Shown: one piece after another, positions 1-11,108 of the stretch | How positions within the stretch are numbered: position 1 is the first letter of the stretch | How the letters are laid out: each line of letters begins with the position of its first letter | NCBI GenBank assembly: GCA_043803945.1 | Contig: JAZDJN010000080.1 | Location: forward strand, 1-64,000 | From: a bacterium | GTDB lineage: Bacteria > Bacteroidota > Ignavibacteria > UBA10030 | DNA length: 64,000 nt | Direction of reading: 5' to 3' | Made by a program: the position numbers and the translations under genes | The notes under the pieces: generated by a model | Told to the model about the DNA's origin: nothing | Database searches by the model: none | Seen by the model: only the letters and a program-made list of their open reading frames with translations

Positions 1-60
1 GAGTAATGGAAATTTAAATTAATTCAACAGTTTTTCCTTTATGTCCTTGGTGAACTTTTC

Positions 61-91
61 AGCCAGAGGCTGATGCGCCTTTGGTGCAGTG
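61..91. repeat. REP-like palindromic dispersed repeat, copy 1
   Basis: agccagaggctgatgcgcctttggtgcagtg matches 34249-34279 at 28/31 nt; internal palindrome CCAGAGGC..GCCTTTGG. Confidence 0.65.
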
Positions 92-274
92 GTTTGATTA
101 TGTTCTTAACTTTTCGGCCAGATCTCTAGGAGGTTGCTGAAAAACCCATTTTCAACGAAGGATTGTAATGAAATATATTGTATGATGGAACAATGGTGCA
201 GAGAAAATAATGTCGATTCATGCATCATCTCCGACTGATTCACTACGGAGCGGTTGAACTCTTCATCTTGGCTT

Positions 275-778
275 CTACGAAATCCATAACATCCTGTCCT
301 TCACAACGACCCACCGGTGATCGTTTCTCTGTACCGTATAGATATTGCCGGAAGCGCTTAATCCGCCTTCGAAGTATCCACCCTCTACTTCGACGACATC
401 ATTGCTCACTTGCTTAATGGATTCGATTCTGAATAGCAAACCACGTTCACCGGTTTCTTTGTCGAATACACCGTTTATGGACTGTATGCATTGCGAGACT
501 TTTTTTACCGGCGGTTTGCTACCGTGAAAGCGCGCCAGCAAAGTTTCGGCGATATCGAGGTAAGAGCCTTGTCGAACGGAATCGCCACGGCGATAGATAC
601 CGATGAAGTATGCAGATGCCTGCTGTTGCAGCCCGGAATAGTTGTGGAGGAACTGGTATTGGAAGACCGCTTCCTGAATGTCTTCTTCCAGGAGCGAGAG
701 CGGCGGTTCACTCCCAGAATCCTTACACCCCGGCACAGTCAGAGCGATGGAGATGAGGATGATAGATAGGATTTTCAT
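275..778 (-). CDS. Hypothetical lipoprotein
   Basis: Start moved to MKILSIIL (778); hydrophobic signal with lipobox VPGC. Confidence 0.7.
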   Translation of the reverse strand: MKILSIILISIALTVPGCKDSGSEPPLSLLEEDIQEAVFQYQFLHNYSGLQQQASAYFIGIYRRGDSVRQGSYLDIAETLLARFHGSKPPVKKVSQCIQSINGVFDKETGERGLLFRIESIKQVSNDVVEVEGGYFEGGLSASGNIYTVQRNDHRWVVVKDRMLWIS

Positions 779-1190
779 AGATGCTTGATCATTGTCAAGA
801 TGTCTCTCTACAGAAATTAGTGTACAAGATAAACACCATCGCCGGAACCAATCCATATGATGTACTTCTTTATCATGTTCACTTTGAGTCGTTGGCCCGA
901 ACGCAGTTTTGCCGGCGTCGTTTGCCACAGCGATCTCTTCGTTCGTACCAGCGCCTGCGAAGACTACTTTACTAAATATACGCTATCGTTCAGCGGACAG
1001 CAACAGGCTTTCCATTTCTACTTTCGTCGAACTTTTTGTCAACTCAAATGTGATCGAGCAGAATAAAACCGTATTTACTATTGTTCTTATCCTCAAATAA
1101 AAAATAAAAAAATCTTTAGTGTCGTATCGTCTTAACTGCTTCGTATGGGGCAGGGATCTCATCTATGAGGTTGCAAGTTCTGTTTAACTG

Positions 1191-2228
1191 TTATTTCCCG
1201 CTCGTTTCAAAAATATACTCTACCAGTTCATTCAACGGCACCGTCGCGAGACCGATTGCCGTATCACAACACCCGTAGTAGATCCACAAGAGACCATCCT
1301 TCACAACGTTGCCCGTCGGGAAAATGACGTTCGGAATGAAAAGGCCAAATTTTTCATAATACATCTCAGGTTCCATAATAAAGCCCGGTGCACGGGCAAG
1401 AACCTTCCTGGGGTCATTGAGATCCAGTATCATTGCACCCAACCGGTAAATGACGCGGCGAGTTACCGGATTGGTATTCTCCACCCCATGGTACAGCATG
1501 AGCCAGCCGCGATCTGTCCGCACCGGTGGTGTTGCTCCGCCGATTCTGTTGTCTTCCCACTTGAACGCCGGCTTGATCACAATCTCCGGATCGGTCCACG
1601 TCTTCATATCCGTCGAGTACGAAATCCGAATCGATGGATGCTCTTCGCTGTGTCCCGTGCCCGTATCAACGAACCCGATTGGTCGCCGCAGGAGAGCAAA
1701 ACGGCCGCCGATCTTCTCGGGAAATAAAATCACATCGCGATCGTCAATGTCATCAGGCGTCGCCCATCCAAAGAATTGCCAATGGATGCGATCGTTTGAA
1801 ACAGCAATACCGGATCGCGTCTGGTTCTTATCCGTCGATGGATCAAAGCTGGGAAACTGACTCTGGCTCGCCTCCGGCACACCGAGACCGGTCGGAGAGA
1901 TGCTCCACGCGAACCGACGGAAGGCAAATGTCATGTAGTAGGTATCTTCTATCTTGACAATGCGCGGGTCCTGGACACTCCCATATCGGAACCCTATCAT
2001 CTCGGGAGTCAAAACAGGTTTATCTGAGAGGTGCCTGAAATGAACACCATCCTCGCTCTCAAGCAATCCGATGCAGCAATGGTGCGGTCGCAGCGATCCG
2101 GCTGTCCGCTCATACAGATAGAACCGCCCATCTTCATAGAGCACAGCGGGATTGTAAACATTGCTCATCCGCCACTCCCATTTGCCCGGCCACACAATTG
2201 GATTTTCTGGACAACGCGTAATTTTCAT
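1191..2228 (-). CDS. GH130-family glycoside hydrolase/phosphorylase
   Basis: NP-AV, QDPRI, DRDVILFPEKIGG, GWLMLYHG, NVIFPTG and YYGCCD motifs. Confidence 0.9.
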   Translation of the reverse strand: MKITRCPENPIVWPGKWEWRMSNVYNPAVLYEDGRFYLYERTAGSLRPHHCCIGLLESEDGVHFRHLSDKPVLTPEMIGFRYGSVQDPRIVKIEDTYYMTFAFRRFAWSISPTGLGVPEASQSQFPSFDPSTDKNQTRSGIAVSNDRIHWQFFGWATPDDIDDRDVILFPEKIGGRFALLRRPIGFVDTGTGHSEEHPSIRISYSTDMKTWTDPEIVIKPAFKWEDNRIGGATPPVRTDRGWLMLYHGVENTNPVTRRVIYRLGAMILDLNDPRKVLARAPGFIMEPEMYYEKFGLFIPNVIFPTGNVVKDGLLWIYYGCCDTAIGLATVPLNELVEYIFETSGK

Positions 2229-2511
2229 AACTTGCAGACCTCCGATGTTTTCCCCCCGCTACAATCATAGAATAACCGGATACCATTGTCAACTATTTTC
2301 CATTTCTTAGAAGGAATGCGTATTTTAGCATCAAGCTGGAGAGATACATTCCATCTACCCGCAATTGTAAATCTTCATTTTTTTTAATGGGCAGAAAAGT
2401 GATATCGGTTGAATTTTGTTATCGTATGGAATTTTTCTCAACCCTTGTTTCTGTGAAGTCTTCATCATTGATTCAACACATCGACAATCTCAACATTCTT
2501 AGGAGGGCATC

Positions 2512-3321
2512 ATGAAAATATCGGCAGGGAATACAAGAACGTTTCTCTTCATCAGTATTCTTCTTCCCTTTTGCATTCAGTTCTCGATTGCTCAGGGGCA
2601 TAGCGAGACAGGATTCCTGAACCGCTCAATTACGGTAGCCGGACATACCTATCTGTACCAGGTCTATGTTCCTGCATCCTACACGCCGGACCGTCTATGG
2701 TCGGTTATTCTCTTTCTTCACGGGGCCGGTGAACGAGGCAGCGACGGTCTTCTGCCGACCCATGTCGGTCTCGGTGCTGCTATCCGCCAGAATCCTTCAC
2801 GGTATCCTGTCATCGCTGTCTTTCCTCAGGCTCCAAAAGATTCACTCTGGTCAAGTGTTCCAGCTCAAATGGCTATGGCAGCACTCGATGCAACCATGAA
2901 AGAATTTACAATCGATGTGAACCGTGTTTACCTGACAGGTCTTTCGATGGGTGGCAATGGGACATGGTATCTTGCGTATCGATACCCGTCAAAATTTGCC
3001 GCAATAACTCCAATTTGCGGCTGGGTGATCCAGTTCAATCCCTGGGCCAGCAAGGTCGAACCTGTCGTTCCAAGAGAACTATCTTCACCGCTCCAGTCTC
3101 TCGCGGATCAACTCAAGCAAACTCCTACCTGGATATTTCATGGCGAGGAAGACAATGCCGTACCGGTTGAACAATCGCGGCTGGTGGCAGAAGCGTTCAA
3201 GAAAGCAGGCATCGATGTGCAATACACAGAGCTACCGGGGATTGGACATAACTCCTGGGATGCAGCGTACGGATCAACGAAATTTGTGACCTGGCTCTTC
3301 GCCCAACGACGAAAGCCGTAG
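2512..3321 (+). CDS. Secreted alpha/beta hydrolase (predicted peptidase/esterase)
   Basis: Signal peptide; LFLHGAGERG, GLSMGG nucleophile elbow, FHGEED, GHNSW; AGGAGG RBS. Confidence 0.85.
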   Translation: MKISAGNTRTFLFISILLPFCIQFSIAQGHSETGFLNRSITVAGHTYLYQVYVPASYTPDRLWSVILFLHGAGERGSDGLLPTHVGLGAAIRQNPSRYPVIAVFPQAPKDSLWSSVPAQMAMAALDATMKEFTIDVNRVYLTGLSMGGNGTWYLAYRYPSKFAAITPICGWVIQFNPWASKVEPVVPRELSSPLQSLADQLKQTPTWIFHGEEDNAVPVEQSRLVAEAFKKAGIDVQYTELPGIGHNSWDAAYGSTKFVTWLFAQRRKP

Positions 3322-3705
3322 CAGGCGGCGTCATGACGGCATGGCACACCATAACAGCAGATATCGCTCTGGATGAATGGAGCAACAAATAAGTTCACCA
3401 TACTGGAAGTTCGTGGTGCCGTTTTATTCTCTCCTCCTCTTCTCGATTTGGGGGGTTGGCCGATGTTAAAGAAGTTCGGAAGAGAGAGTTAAACTGGTGG
3501 TTTAATGCTTTCATTGTTCCATGAACCGCTGGCAAAATTTCATCTCATTCTTTTCGCCCGTATATTGTTCAGGAATTACTCGAACGATCTGTGCATTGCT
3601 AGATTCCATCGACGATGAGATCAGCAAATGCTACACTCACTGCAGCGATGAACATCTGGAAGAAATCGACCAGGATCTCTGCACAACACCAACTTAAAGA
3701 GCACA

Positions 3706-5751
3706 TTGCATATGAAGGATGAATTCAAACCACTGACGTACGAAGAGGCCGACCACAAGGCCGAATCGATACTCGCACTCATGACGCTGGATGAAAAGAT
3801 TGCCCTTGTCGGCGGCGAGAGAGGATTTTTCATTAGACCGTTGCCAAGGCTGAATCTTCAAGAAGTCTATATGACCGATGCGACACAGGGTATAAACATC
3901 AGAAAACAATTTCGAGATGTTGATTTATCTGAATATAGCCTGGAACAATCGACGGCGTTCCCTTGCCCACTTCTCTTAGCCTCCACATGGAACCCCGGCC
4001 TCTGCTACCAGTATGCTGAAGCTATCGGTGAAGAATGTCGGGCCGGCGGGATTGGAATTTTACTTGGACCGGGTATGAATAGCTATCGTCATGCTCAATG
4101 CGGGCGCAACTTCGAGTACTTTGGAGAAGATCCTTTTCTCCGATCACGAATGATTGAAGCGTACGTGAAGGGAGTACAAAGCACCGGCACCATAGCTACA
4201 CTAAAGCACTTTGTCGCAAACAATACCGAGTTCTATAGGAGAAAGAGCAACTCAATCATCGATGAGCGAACGTTACACGAGATCTATTTACCCCCCTTCA
4301 AAGCCGGGATCGATGCAGATGCCAAAGCCGTGATGACTGCATATAACCTGCTCAACGGAGAATGGTGCGGGCAAAGTGAACGAGTGATCAACAACCTGCT
4401 GAGAACAGAGATCGGATTCAAATGGCTGGTCATGACAGACTGGTGGTCTGTCGATAATGGTGAACTCCTCGCAACCTCGGGTCAAGATTTAGAAATGCCC
4501 TATGCAGCCGCTCTCAACGATGCAGAGACGCTCATCAGTGAAGGGAGTGTAACCGTTGAAGAGATCAATAGAATGGCAGGAAGCATTCTACGAACATACT
4601 TTGCCATGAAACTCGATGAAAGAAAGAGAGAGATCCCCCAACCCAAGATGTACGAGATCCATGAGTCGGTAGCATTGCAGACGGCACGCGAAGGAATTGT
4701 GCTGTTGAAAAATGATGGTGACATTCTCCCTCTCGGTGAAGGGACAGAATCTATTTTATTAACAGGAGAGTATGTTGAGACACTGGCGGCAGGCAGCGGT
4801 TCTGCGGCGGTAAAGGGATATCATAACAGGCTAATGCTTGATGAGCTCAAGAAACAATTTGGCGAGAGAATTTTTTATCGTAAGAATCCAACACCTGAAC
4901 AAATCAGGTCTGCAGAAATTGTGCTCTGCAATGTCGGAACGATCGACAGTGAAGGCTGGGACAGACCATTTGAACTGCCGGCGGAACAGGAGAACAGAGT
5001 CAACGTATGCGTTGAGAATAATCCCAACACCATTGTGATCGTCACGTCAGGGGGCGGTATCCGGATGACGAACTGGCATGACAAGGTGAAGGCCCTCATA
5101 TATGCATGGTATGGAGGTCAGGTCGGCAATAAGGCACTCGCTGAAATTATCACGGGAATAACCAATCCATCAGGAAAATTGCCGATCACAATTGAACGAG
5201 AATTCTCAGATTCACCGGCATACGGCTACATTCCCGATGGAGAGGTACTCTACACGGGATGGCACGATGAAGAAGAAAAAGTACATCCAGTGTATGATAT
5301 CCATTACCATGAAGGAGTGTTTGTCGGATACCGCTGGTATGAGAAGAACAATATTGAGCCGTTGTACCCTTTCGGGCATGGTCTGTCCTATACGACGTTC
5401 GACTATAGCGATCTCGCCGTCTCAAAGGAAACGTTCCATGCCAGCGACATCCTGACCGTAAGTCTTACCGTTACGAACTCTGGAAGAACCAAGGGGTTGG
5501 AAACGGTTCAGTTATATGTTCAGGATAGTGAATGCTCTCATCCGCGCCCAATCAAAGAACTTAAAGGATTTGCCAAAGTGGAGTTGGAAGCAGGAGAGAG
5601 CAAGTCTATTTCATTCGAACTCGATCAAACAGCGTTTTCATTTTGGAATCCGGAAGCAAAGAATTGGACTGCAGAACTGGGAAAGTTTGTTCTTCACATT
5701 GGTTCATCCTTACAGAACCTCATGTTGAACAAGGAGATAGAGATACTCTGA
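3706..5751 (+). CDS. GH3 beta-glucosidase with C-terminal Fn3-like domain
   Basis: GRNFEYFGEDP, KHF, VMTDW nucleophile, YPFGHGLSYT, ELKGF. Confidence 0.92.
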   Translation: MHMKDEFKPLTYEEADHKAESILALMTLDEKIALVGGERGFFIRPLPRLNLQEVYMTDATQGINIRKQFRDVDLSEYSLEQSTAFPCPLLLASTWNPGLCYQYAEAIGEECRAGGIGILLGPGMNSYRHAQCGRNFEYFGEDPFLRSRMIEAYVKGVQSTGTIATLKHFVANNTEFYRRKSNSIIDERTLHEIYLPPFKAGIDADAKAVMTAYNLLNGEWCGQSERVINNLLRTEIGFKWLVMTDWWSVDNGELLATSGQDLEMPYAAALNDAETLISEGSVTVEEINRMAGSILRTYFAMKLDERKREIPQPKMYEIHESVALQTAREGIVLLKNDGDILPLGEGTESILLTGEYVETLAAGSGSAAVKGYHNRLMLDELKKQFGERIFYRKNPTPEQIRSAEIVLCNVGTIDSEGWDRPFELPAEQENRVNVCVENNPNTIVIVTSGGGIRMTNWHDKVKALIYAWYGGQVGNKALAEIITGITNPSGKLPITIEREFSDSPAYGYIPDGEVLYTGWHDEEEKVHPVYDIHYHEGVFVGYRWYEKNNIEPLYPFGHGLSYTTFDYSDLAVSKETFHASDILTVSLTVTNSGRTKGLETVQLYVQDSECSHPRPIKELKGFAKVELEAGESKSISFELDQTAFSFWNPEAKNWTAELGKFVLHIGSSLQNLMLNKEIEIL

Positions 5752-5861
5752 ATTAAACAGAGCACGACGTCCCGTAAATTCATGAAGTGATTGTCGAGCA
5801 CGATTCCAGCGATTTTCAAATCCTGGGCTTGCACCTCGTTTTACAACGAAAAGAAATGATC

Positions 5862-6478
5862 CTACTTCGCCGGCAGAGGCTGCCTCCACAAGGCATTGAT
5901 GATCTTCCACTCTCCATCTATTTTCACTAGATGAAGGTAATCATCGTAGCGAGCTGATGTCAATTTGACCGAGGCAACGTTCTCCATCACATCGAGCACG
6001 CTCACCTGCACATTCCTCTTCTCCTTTTCCAGAATTCCCAGTTTAGCCCCGGCCATCTCTATGAGCTGGGACGCTGTTGTTTTAACGAGCATCAACTTGC
6101 CGGTGCGCCGATGTTTGAGGGGAAGCACTTTATTCAGTTCAGGATGTACCGCTTTCCGCATTCGGTCGGCATTTCCCTCATATCCTCCTTCAGCGTAATC
6201 GGTGGTGCAATTAATCACTGCGTTCGATTCTGCCTGGAGAAGATTCTCCTTCGGCGCCGCCGGCGGGGGAATCCACAACACGTTGACAATTTTCCATTGA
6301 CCATCAAACTTTGCCACATGAAGGTAATCCCAGAAGCGGCTGAGAGGAATCCATCGGCATAATCCATCGCACATTTCGTGATGGTATCCCGATCCTCCTT
6401 CGTCATGGAGTTTTGCTGGGAGAGAAGACCCATTGAGCACAAGAGCAGACTCAGAACAACAGCCATTGTCATTTTCAT
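5862..6478 (-). pseudogene. Tandem NTF2-like (lumazine-binding type) protein, first domain deleted and frameshifted
   Basis: Signal peptide and DYADGFLS lie in one frame and join SRFWDYLH..WKIVNVLW in another near 6340; second domain intact. Confidence 0.7.
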
Positions 6479-6561
6479 TGTCAATTCCTTTCTTGTGAGC
6501 AATCGTTTTTTTTCATTTTCGGATATCCGGTCAGCCCTTGCTTCGCCGCGTTCATTTCTCC

Positions 6562-7329
6562 TCAACTGCCGAGCAAGTATTGAATTTTGACAAAGTACTG
6601 CCGGGCTGTCGTGGCAAAACCATTGGGTTCGTCATAATCCAGAAAGTCGTTCGTGATACCGGCATAGAAGGTAGTGAAAGCGTTCAACTTATAGTTAAAG
6701 AGGGGATAGAGATTGAGCGATTTGTCGAAGCTGTTATATTGTGCAATCGTCCGGAAGAATATCTCAGGGGTAAATTGGTAGATACCCACTATCCGGTAAA
6801 TATTGCCGTCATAGAGAAGTTCGCCGGATGCATCCTTCGAGAGCCGTGCACGGGAATAGGAGAGATTGAGTTGAAGCTTCGATGTGGGTTTCAGGGTGAC
6901 TGTTCCGCTGAAATTATGGCCACTCCCCTTTGCCGGTGAAGAAGAGCGGTAGATGAATTTTCCAGCCTGACCGTTCATCGACAGTGAGAGTTCATTCCAG
7001 GGCTGGGCATTCACGAAAAAGAGAAGTCGCCGAATATCGTCGAACCATACGCCGCGAAACATCTCATCATTGATGAGCAGATAATCCACCTGAACCTGCG
7101 TCTGCCCTTTCAATGTGAAATAGACACCCGGCTGAATTTCATAGGCGAGCTGGATTGGCTTTGCCTGCTTCCACAGCGGGTCGTCGAGTTTCCCGGTTAA
7201 TTGGAGAGGCCTGGGAATACGAACAGTCTGAAAGGCGGGTTTGACATCCTCCGTTGCCTGGAAAGCAATGGCAGGAGAACTCACGACTCCAAGCACGATC
7301 ATGAGACATTGAGCTATCCGTACAATCAT
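6562..7329 (-). pseudogene. CBM9-like/DUF5916-type outer-membrane protein with large in-frame deletion
   Basis: N-terminal GKLDDPLW..EIQPG joined directly to C-terminal beta-barrel strands ending YFVKIQYL; far shorter than expected for the family. Confidence 0.55.
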
Positions 7330-7737
7330 GGTCAACTCCTTGTGATTGTGGCAGGGTTAACGATTGGATTCTCGGCACAACAAACCAATCTTCCTTACGG
7401 ATATCCTCTACAGAATGTTGAGATTCTTCCACGAATCGTGTTATCGTGTGACAAACAGGCTTTTTTCAGACACGAACAGAGGGGGGTGGTTCCCTTGTCG
7501 TTTTCAATTTCAGCAGGCCGTGCCTGAATACGGTGAGCATTTTTTGCATGAACACTGATCGCTTTTGCTGCATCGTTGAAGAGAATCATCGAGGCAGGTA
7601 ACACTACGAAGTTGAATCCTGGGATGGGATCAACGCTCGAAGAAAGTTATGTACGAAATCCTGGTGCGGTCACACTGCTCTTGGTGACACCATAAGGGAG
7701 CGCGGAGCGGAATCTCTTCAAACCCGAACCGAGACCG

Positions 7738-8334
7738 TTACTTTCCAAGAAATTCCCTGAAGCCGTTTTTCTTCGCAATGGTCGAATAGTTCTTCTCGAT
7801 GCGCTTCACGTATTGCAGTGTTTCATCGCTTCTCCATCGATTGACTTTCGGTGCAATAGACTCAATGCTCTCCCACGCCATATAATTCAGTTGCTCTTCC
7901 TTTGCTCTATCCTGAGCACGAGAGATTGTTCCACGTCCAGCATTATAGCTGCCGAACATAAAACTCAACCGATGATCCGTATCCAGAATTTCTTTCCAGG
8001 ATTTCCAGAGTTTCCTGTTATACATAATTCCCGCTGCGATATTCCAGCGCGGCTCATTGATCTCCCGAAGTTCCGGATTTTCGCTCTGGATTTCCTTGTA
8101 GGTGTTCGGCATTAACTGCATAAGGCCCATGGCGCCGACCCAGCTTTTTGCTGCCGAATCAAGATTGCTTTCTGCCATGGCCTGTGCTTTGAATATCCGC
8201 CAGTCATAGCCAACACCGAAGTAGCGCTTTGAGTAGGCACGGAAATAGTCATCATAACGGTTTGCACTGCGCTGACCGAACACTGCTCCGGCACAACACA
8301 CTACGAGAAGGGTGAGCATAATGCGGCTGCTCAC
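7738..8334 (-). CDS. Lytic transglycosylase (SLT domain, MltF-like)
   Basis: AES catalytic motif, [20 protein letters not shown]; signal peptide. Confidence 0.88.
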   Translation of the reverse strand: MSSRIMLTLLVVCCAGAVFGQRSANRYDDYFRAYSKRYFGVGYDWRIFKAQAMAESNLDSAAKSWVGAMGLMQLMPNTYKEIQSENPELREINEPRWNIAAGIMYNRKLWKSWKEILDTDHRLSFMFGSYNAGRGTISRAQDRAKEEQLNYMAWESIESIAPKVNRWRSDETLQYVKRIEKNYSTIAKKNGFREFLGK

Positions 8335-8534
8335 TTTAATGAACCTCCAATGATCATGGCGATAGAAATGAACAACCCGGCGATAAAGATCGCCACAGCG
8401 ATGTTGCCATTTTTCAACTCGGCTTCAAAATCGATCTTTGGGGAAAGTTTATCAAACACCTTATAGGAGAGGAACATCAATACAACTCCAAGGGCCGCAT
8501 AAAGAAAATTGATACCGATAATTGTCCAATCCAT
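8331..8534 (-). CDS. DUF350-type small membrane protein
   Basis: Two TM helices around EL..GNIAVAI; stop overlaps the start of the SLT gene. Confidence 0.75.
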   Translation of the reverse strand: MDWTIIGINFLYAALGVVLMFLSYKVFDKLSPKIDFEAELKNGNIAVAIFIAGLFISIAMIIGGSLK

Positions 8535-8625
8535 AGTGACTCCTTACGTTGTTTTATATCCTTATTCTTATTTTGAATCTCGTTTAATCGATGTTTCTTT
8601 GCTACACCTCTTCCACCGATCCCGG

Positions 8626-9321
8626 TTACTCCGGTTGATCGAGATTGAGCACCGGTAATCGTTGTTCCGGCGGTAGCGATTCATCATCCCCGGTAATTCT
8701 AAACGGCTTCGGGTGATAATAGGCATAGAACGCGAAGGCGACACCCGCAATCAGCGAGCCGATGCTGATGAGCAATCCGAGAAAATAGAAGAGGTCTGCA
8801 ACATCGCCGGCGGCATCGAGCATATTCCATCTCGTGAAGAGATTCCACCAATCGTGACCAGACCTGTGTCCACCAAGCAACGGTAATTGCCGTACAGGAG
8901 CATCCCTCATATAGAGACTCACATCGAGCATGTTCGTTCCGACCCAGAAGAGTGCAAACGGCGCCACGACGGTCGACCGTTTTCTTAATGCGATACCGAA
9001 CGAGATCAGAGGGAACATGATTTGCCAGAACGATCCACCCAGCAACTGAAGCGTTCTGCCAAAAAACATAAAGAGGCCATGCCCGCCTTCATGGAGGAAC
9101 AGAAAGATTCCATTGCGAATAATTAACAGCAGAAAAGGCCACGGTTCACCGGGCTTGTACTCATAAAATATTGTTGCTGCCTGATAGAGATAGAGTGTCA
9201 GGATTGCATACATCCCCAGCTTCAGCGAGATCGGCCCGAAGCGGTGGACCGCATCCAAATCCTCCGGTGAGAGTGGTTTTCTGAGCTTGATGATTTTCTT
9301 CTTTTGGAGGTCGAGTGCCAT
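8626..9321 (-). CDS. Membrane protein with HExxH motif (M50-like)
   Basis: LHEGGH, HDW, multiple TM segments. Confidence 0.6.
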   Translation of the reverse strand: MALDLQKKKIIKLRKPLSPEDLDAVHRFGPISLKLGMYAILTLYLYQAATIFYEYKPGEPWPFLLLIIRNGIFLFLHEGGHGLFMFFGRTLQLLGGSFWQIMFPLISFGIALRKRSTVVAPFALFWVGTNMLDVSLYMRDAPVRQLPLLGGHRSGHDWWNLFTRWNMLDAAGDVADLFYFLGLLISIGSLIAGVAFAFYAYYHPKPFRITGDDESLPPEQRLPVLNLDQPE

Positions 9322-9459
9322 GCAGAGAGAAGTTCTCAAAAATAGTTGATGGAATCAAGAGCGTGATACATCCTTCATTCCAATCCGCTGATATTATACG
9401 TAGTAATAATAGAAGCAATTAGCGCGTTTTATCGAGAGACGGTTTTGTGTGGGATATAT

Positions 9460-9492
9460 AAAAAAGGGGGAACCTTTGGAGGTCCCCCCTTG
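9460..9492 (-). terminator. Rho-independent terminator
   Basis: GGGGGACC..GGTTCCCCC followed by a T-run on the minus strand, downstream of the cytochrome gene. Confidence 0.75.
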
Positions 9493-9513
9493 CTGCAGGT
9501 AAGAAGTTTGATA

Positions 9514-10617
9514 CTATTTCAGAAGTGCCAATTTCCTGGTTGCAGAGAACCGTCCGGCCTGCATCCGGCAGAAATACGTGCCGCTTGAGACTTTTGAGCC
9601 CGCATTGTCCTTTCCGTCCCAATCAACCGAGTATCGGCCCGACTCGTGATGCTCCGATGCAATTAAATTGCGTACAATGCGCCCATGAACATCATAGACC
9701 GCAATGTCGACAGTGGCTGAAGCTGGAATAGAAAATTGAATCCGCGTCTGTGGATTGAACGGATTTGGATAGTTGTTCTCCAGGAGATAGTCAGATGGTG
9801 CGCCTTCAAGCTCTGTGGAACCGGTTGTTCCTTTTCTATGGTCGCCATGACACTGTGTGCACTCCATCTTCGCTGTAATTGTGGAACTGTGGCATCCTTT
9901 GCACTCCGCAATGATCGCCGGCGTAACAAAGAGCGGCGCGAATTTCGCTGCCAATTTATCGTTCAGGATCTTTGCAGCGTACGCGGCCACATCGCCCGTG
10001 AGACGAGCACATCGTTCCTTGCGCTCTGTTGAACTCTCGGTCAGTTTGGCGGTCTTGCACCATTCTGCGATTGATGCGTGACAGAGAATGGAGCCGGAGA
10101 TATTCTGGGTCAGAGCCTGTGTGTATTTGTTCTGGGTATATTTCTGTTGAACGCCGTAATCGTTGCTTATGTCCGTGGGGAATTTTGTCTGCGTGTACCA
10201 TCCAAAGAGCTCACTCTCCAGGGCAGAGGCGTCAGCTTTAGCGGTGACAAGTGCGATGAACGCCGCTGAACCCACCACTGCGCCACACGTTCCCCCCCAA
10301 CTTGCTCCACCGCCGCCACCGAATAACATAATTCCACTTGGGAAAGATGTATAGGGTTCTCCCGCAATGGCCGCGCTGGCATTCACGAGCGCAGCAAATG
10401 CTCCGTAGCAACATCCTCCGTATGTGGCGTCGTAGTACGCATCGTGACCCAGAATCCGAACTTTCTCAGGATCAAGTGCCTGATAGGGAAATGGCCATGC
10501 TGCATTGACACCAGCCATTGCTCTATTTGAGAGAGCATTCGCGGCAACGCCACCAATGACGGCCCCGGCAGCGTATTTCGTTCCTGAGTTGAGAAAATCT
10601 TTTCGTGAAATCTTCAT
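9514..10617 (-). CDS. Split-Soret cytochrome c-like (C-GCAxxG-C-C) protein with two CxxCH and a T9SS/FlgD-Ig C-terminal domain
   Basis: Tat-like SRKDFL; GCCYG, GTCGAVVG, LCH, ERC; CKGCH and CTQCH; NYPNPFNP..SGTYF; RBS AAGGAGG. Confidence 0.8.
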   Translation of the reverse strand: MKISRKDFLNSGTKYAAGAVIGGVAANALSNRAMAGVNAAWPFPYQALDPEKVRILGHDAYYDATYGGCCYGAFAALVNASAAIAGEPYTSFPSGIMLFGGGGGASWGGTCGAVVGSAAFIALVTAKADASALESELFGWYTQTKFPTDISNDYGVQQKYTQNKYTQALTQNISGSILCHASIAEWCKTAKLTESSTERKERCARLTGDVAAYAAKILNDKLAAKFAPLFVTPAIIAECKGCHSSTITAKMECTQCHGDHRKGTTGSTELEGAPSDYLLENNYPNPFNPQTRIQFSIPASATVDIAVYDVHGRIVRNLIASEHHESGRYSVDWDGKDNAGSKVSSGTYFCRMQAGRFSATRKLALLK

Positions 10618-10628
10618 GTAACCCTCCT

Positions 10629-11108
10629 TCACTTAATAGTTGGTTCGTGAGATAAAACTGTCTGAGTGTTTACATTTTTCCGTGCGACAGGGACCTCGTT
10701 TGAGGTGATTGTGCGGACACAACCCATAAATTGAGACCGTCGTTCTTCGGGGAGCAGTTCCAGAATGGCAGACGCAATTTCTTCGGCTCTTGACTGTGCT
10801 TTCTCGGCCAAGGCAATTCCCGCATCAGTGAGTGTCAGCCGCTCAGTCCGACGATCAGTATCACCGAGTGCCCGTTCAATGAGGCCTCGTTCTTGCAGCG
10901 CTGACAGTAATTTTGAGAGTGAACTTTTATGAATACCCAGTTTTTCGGCGAGACTACCTGCTGAGTCTGGATGATCGAGGTAGAGGATGAGAACACACTC
11001 TAGCTGATACACGGGGAGATTGACTTGCTTTGCCAACGCATTTTGGACCCGATGATTCCAGAACCCCAGTCGAATGATCTCTACCGCTGCTCTCCTGTAA
11101 TTGTTCAT
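10629..11108 (-). CDS. MarR-family transcriptional regulator
   Basis: wHTH, DRR..LT..G motif. Confidence 0.85.
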   Translation of the reverse strand: MNNYRRAAVEIIRLGFWNHRVQNALAKQVNLPVYQLECVLILYLDHPDSAGSLAEKLGIHKSSLSKLLSALQERGLIERALGDTDRRTERLTLTDAGIALAEKAQSRAEEIASAILELLPEERRSQFMGCVRTITSNEVPVARKNVNTQTVLSHEPTIK

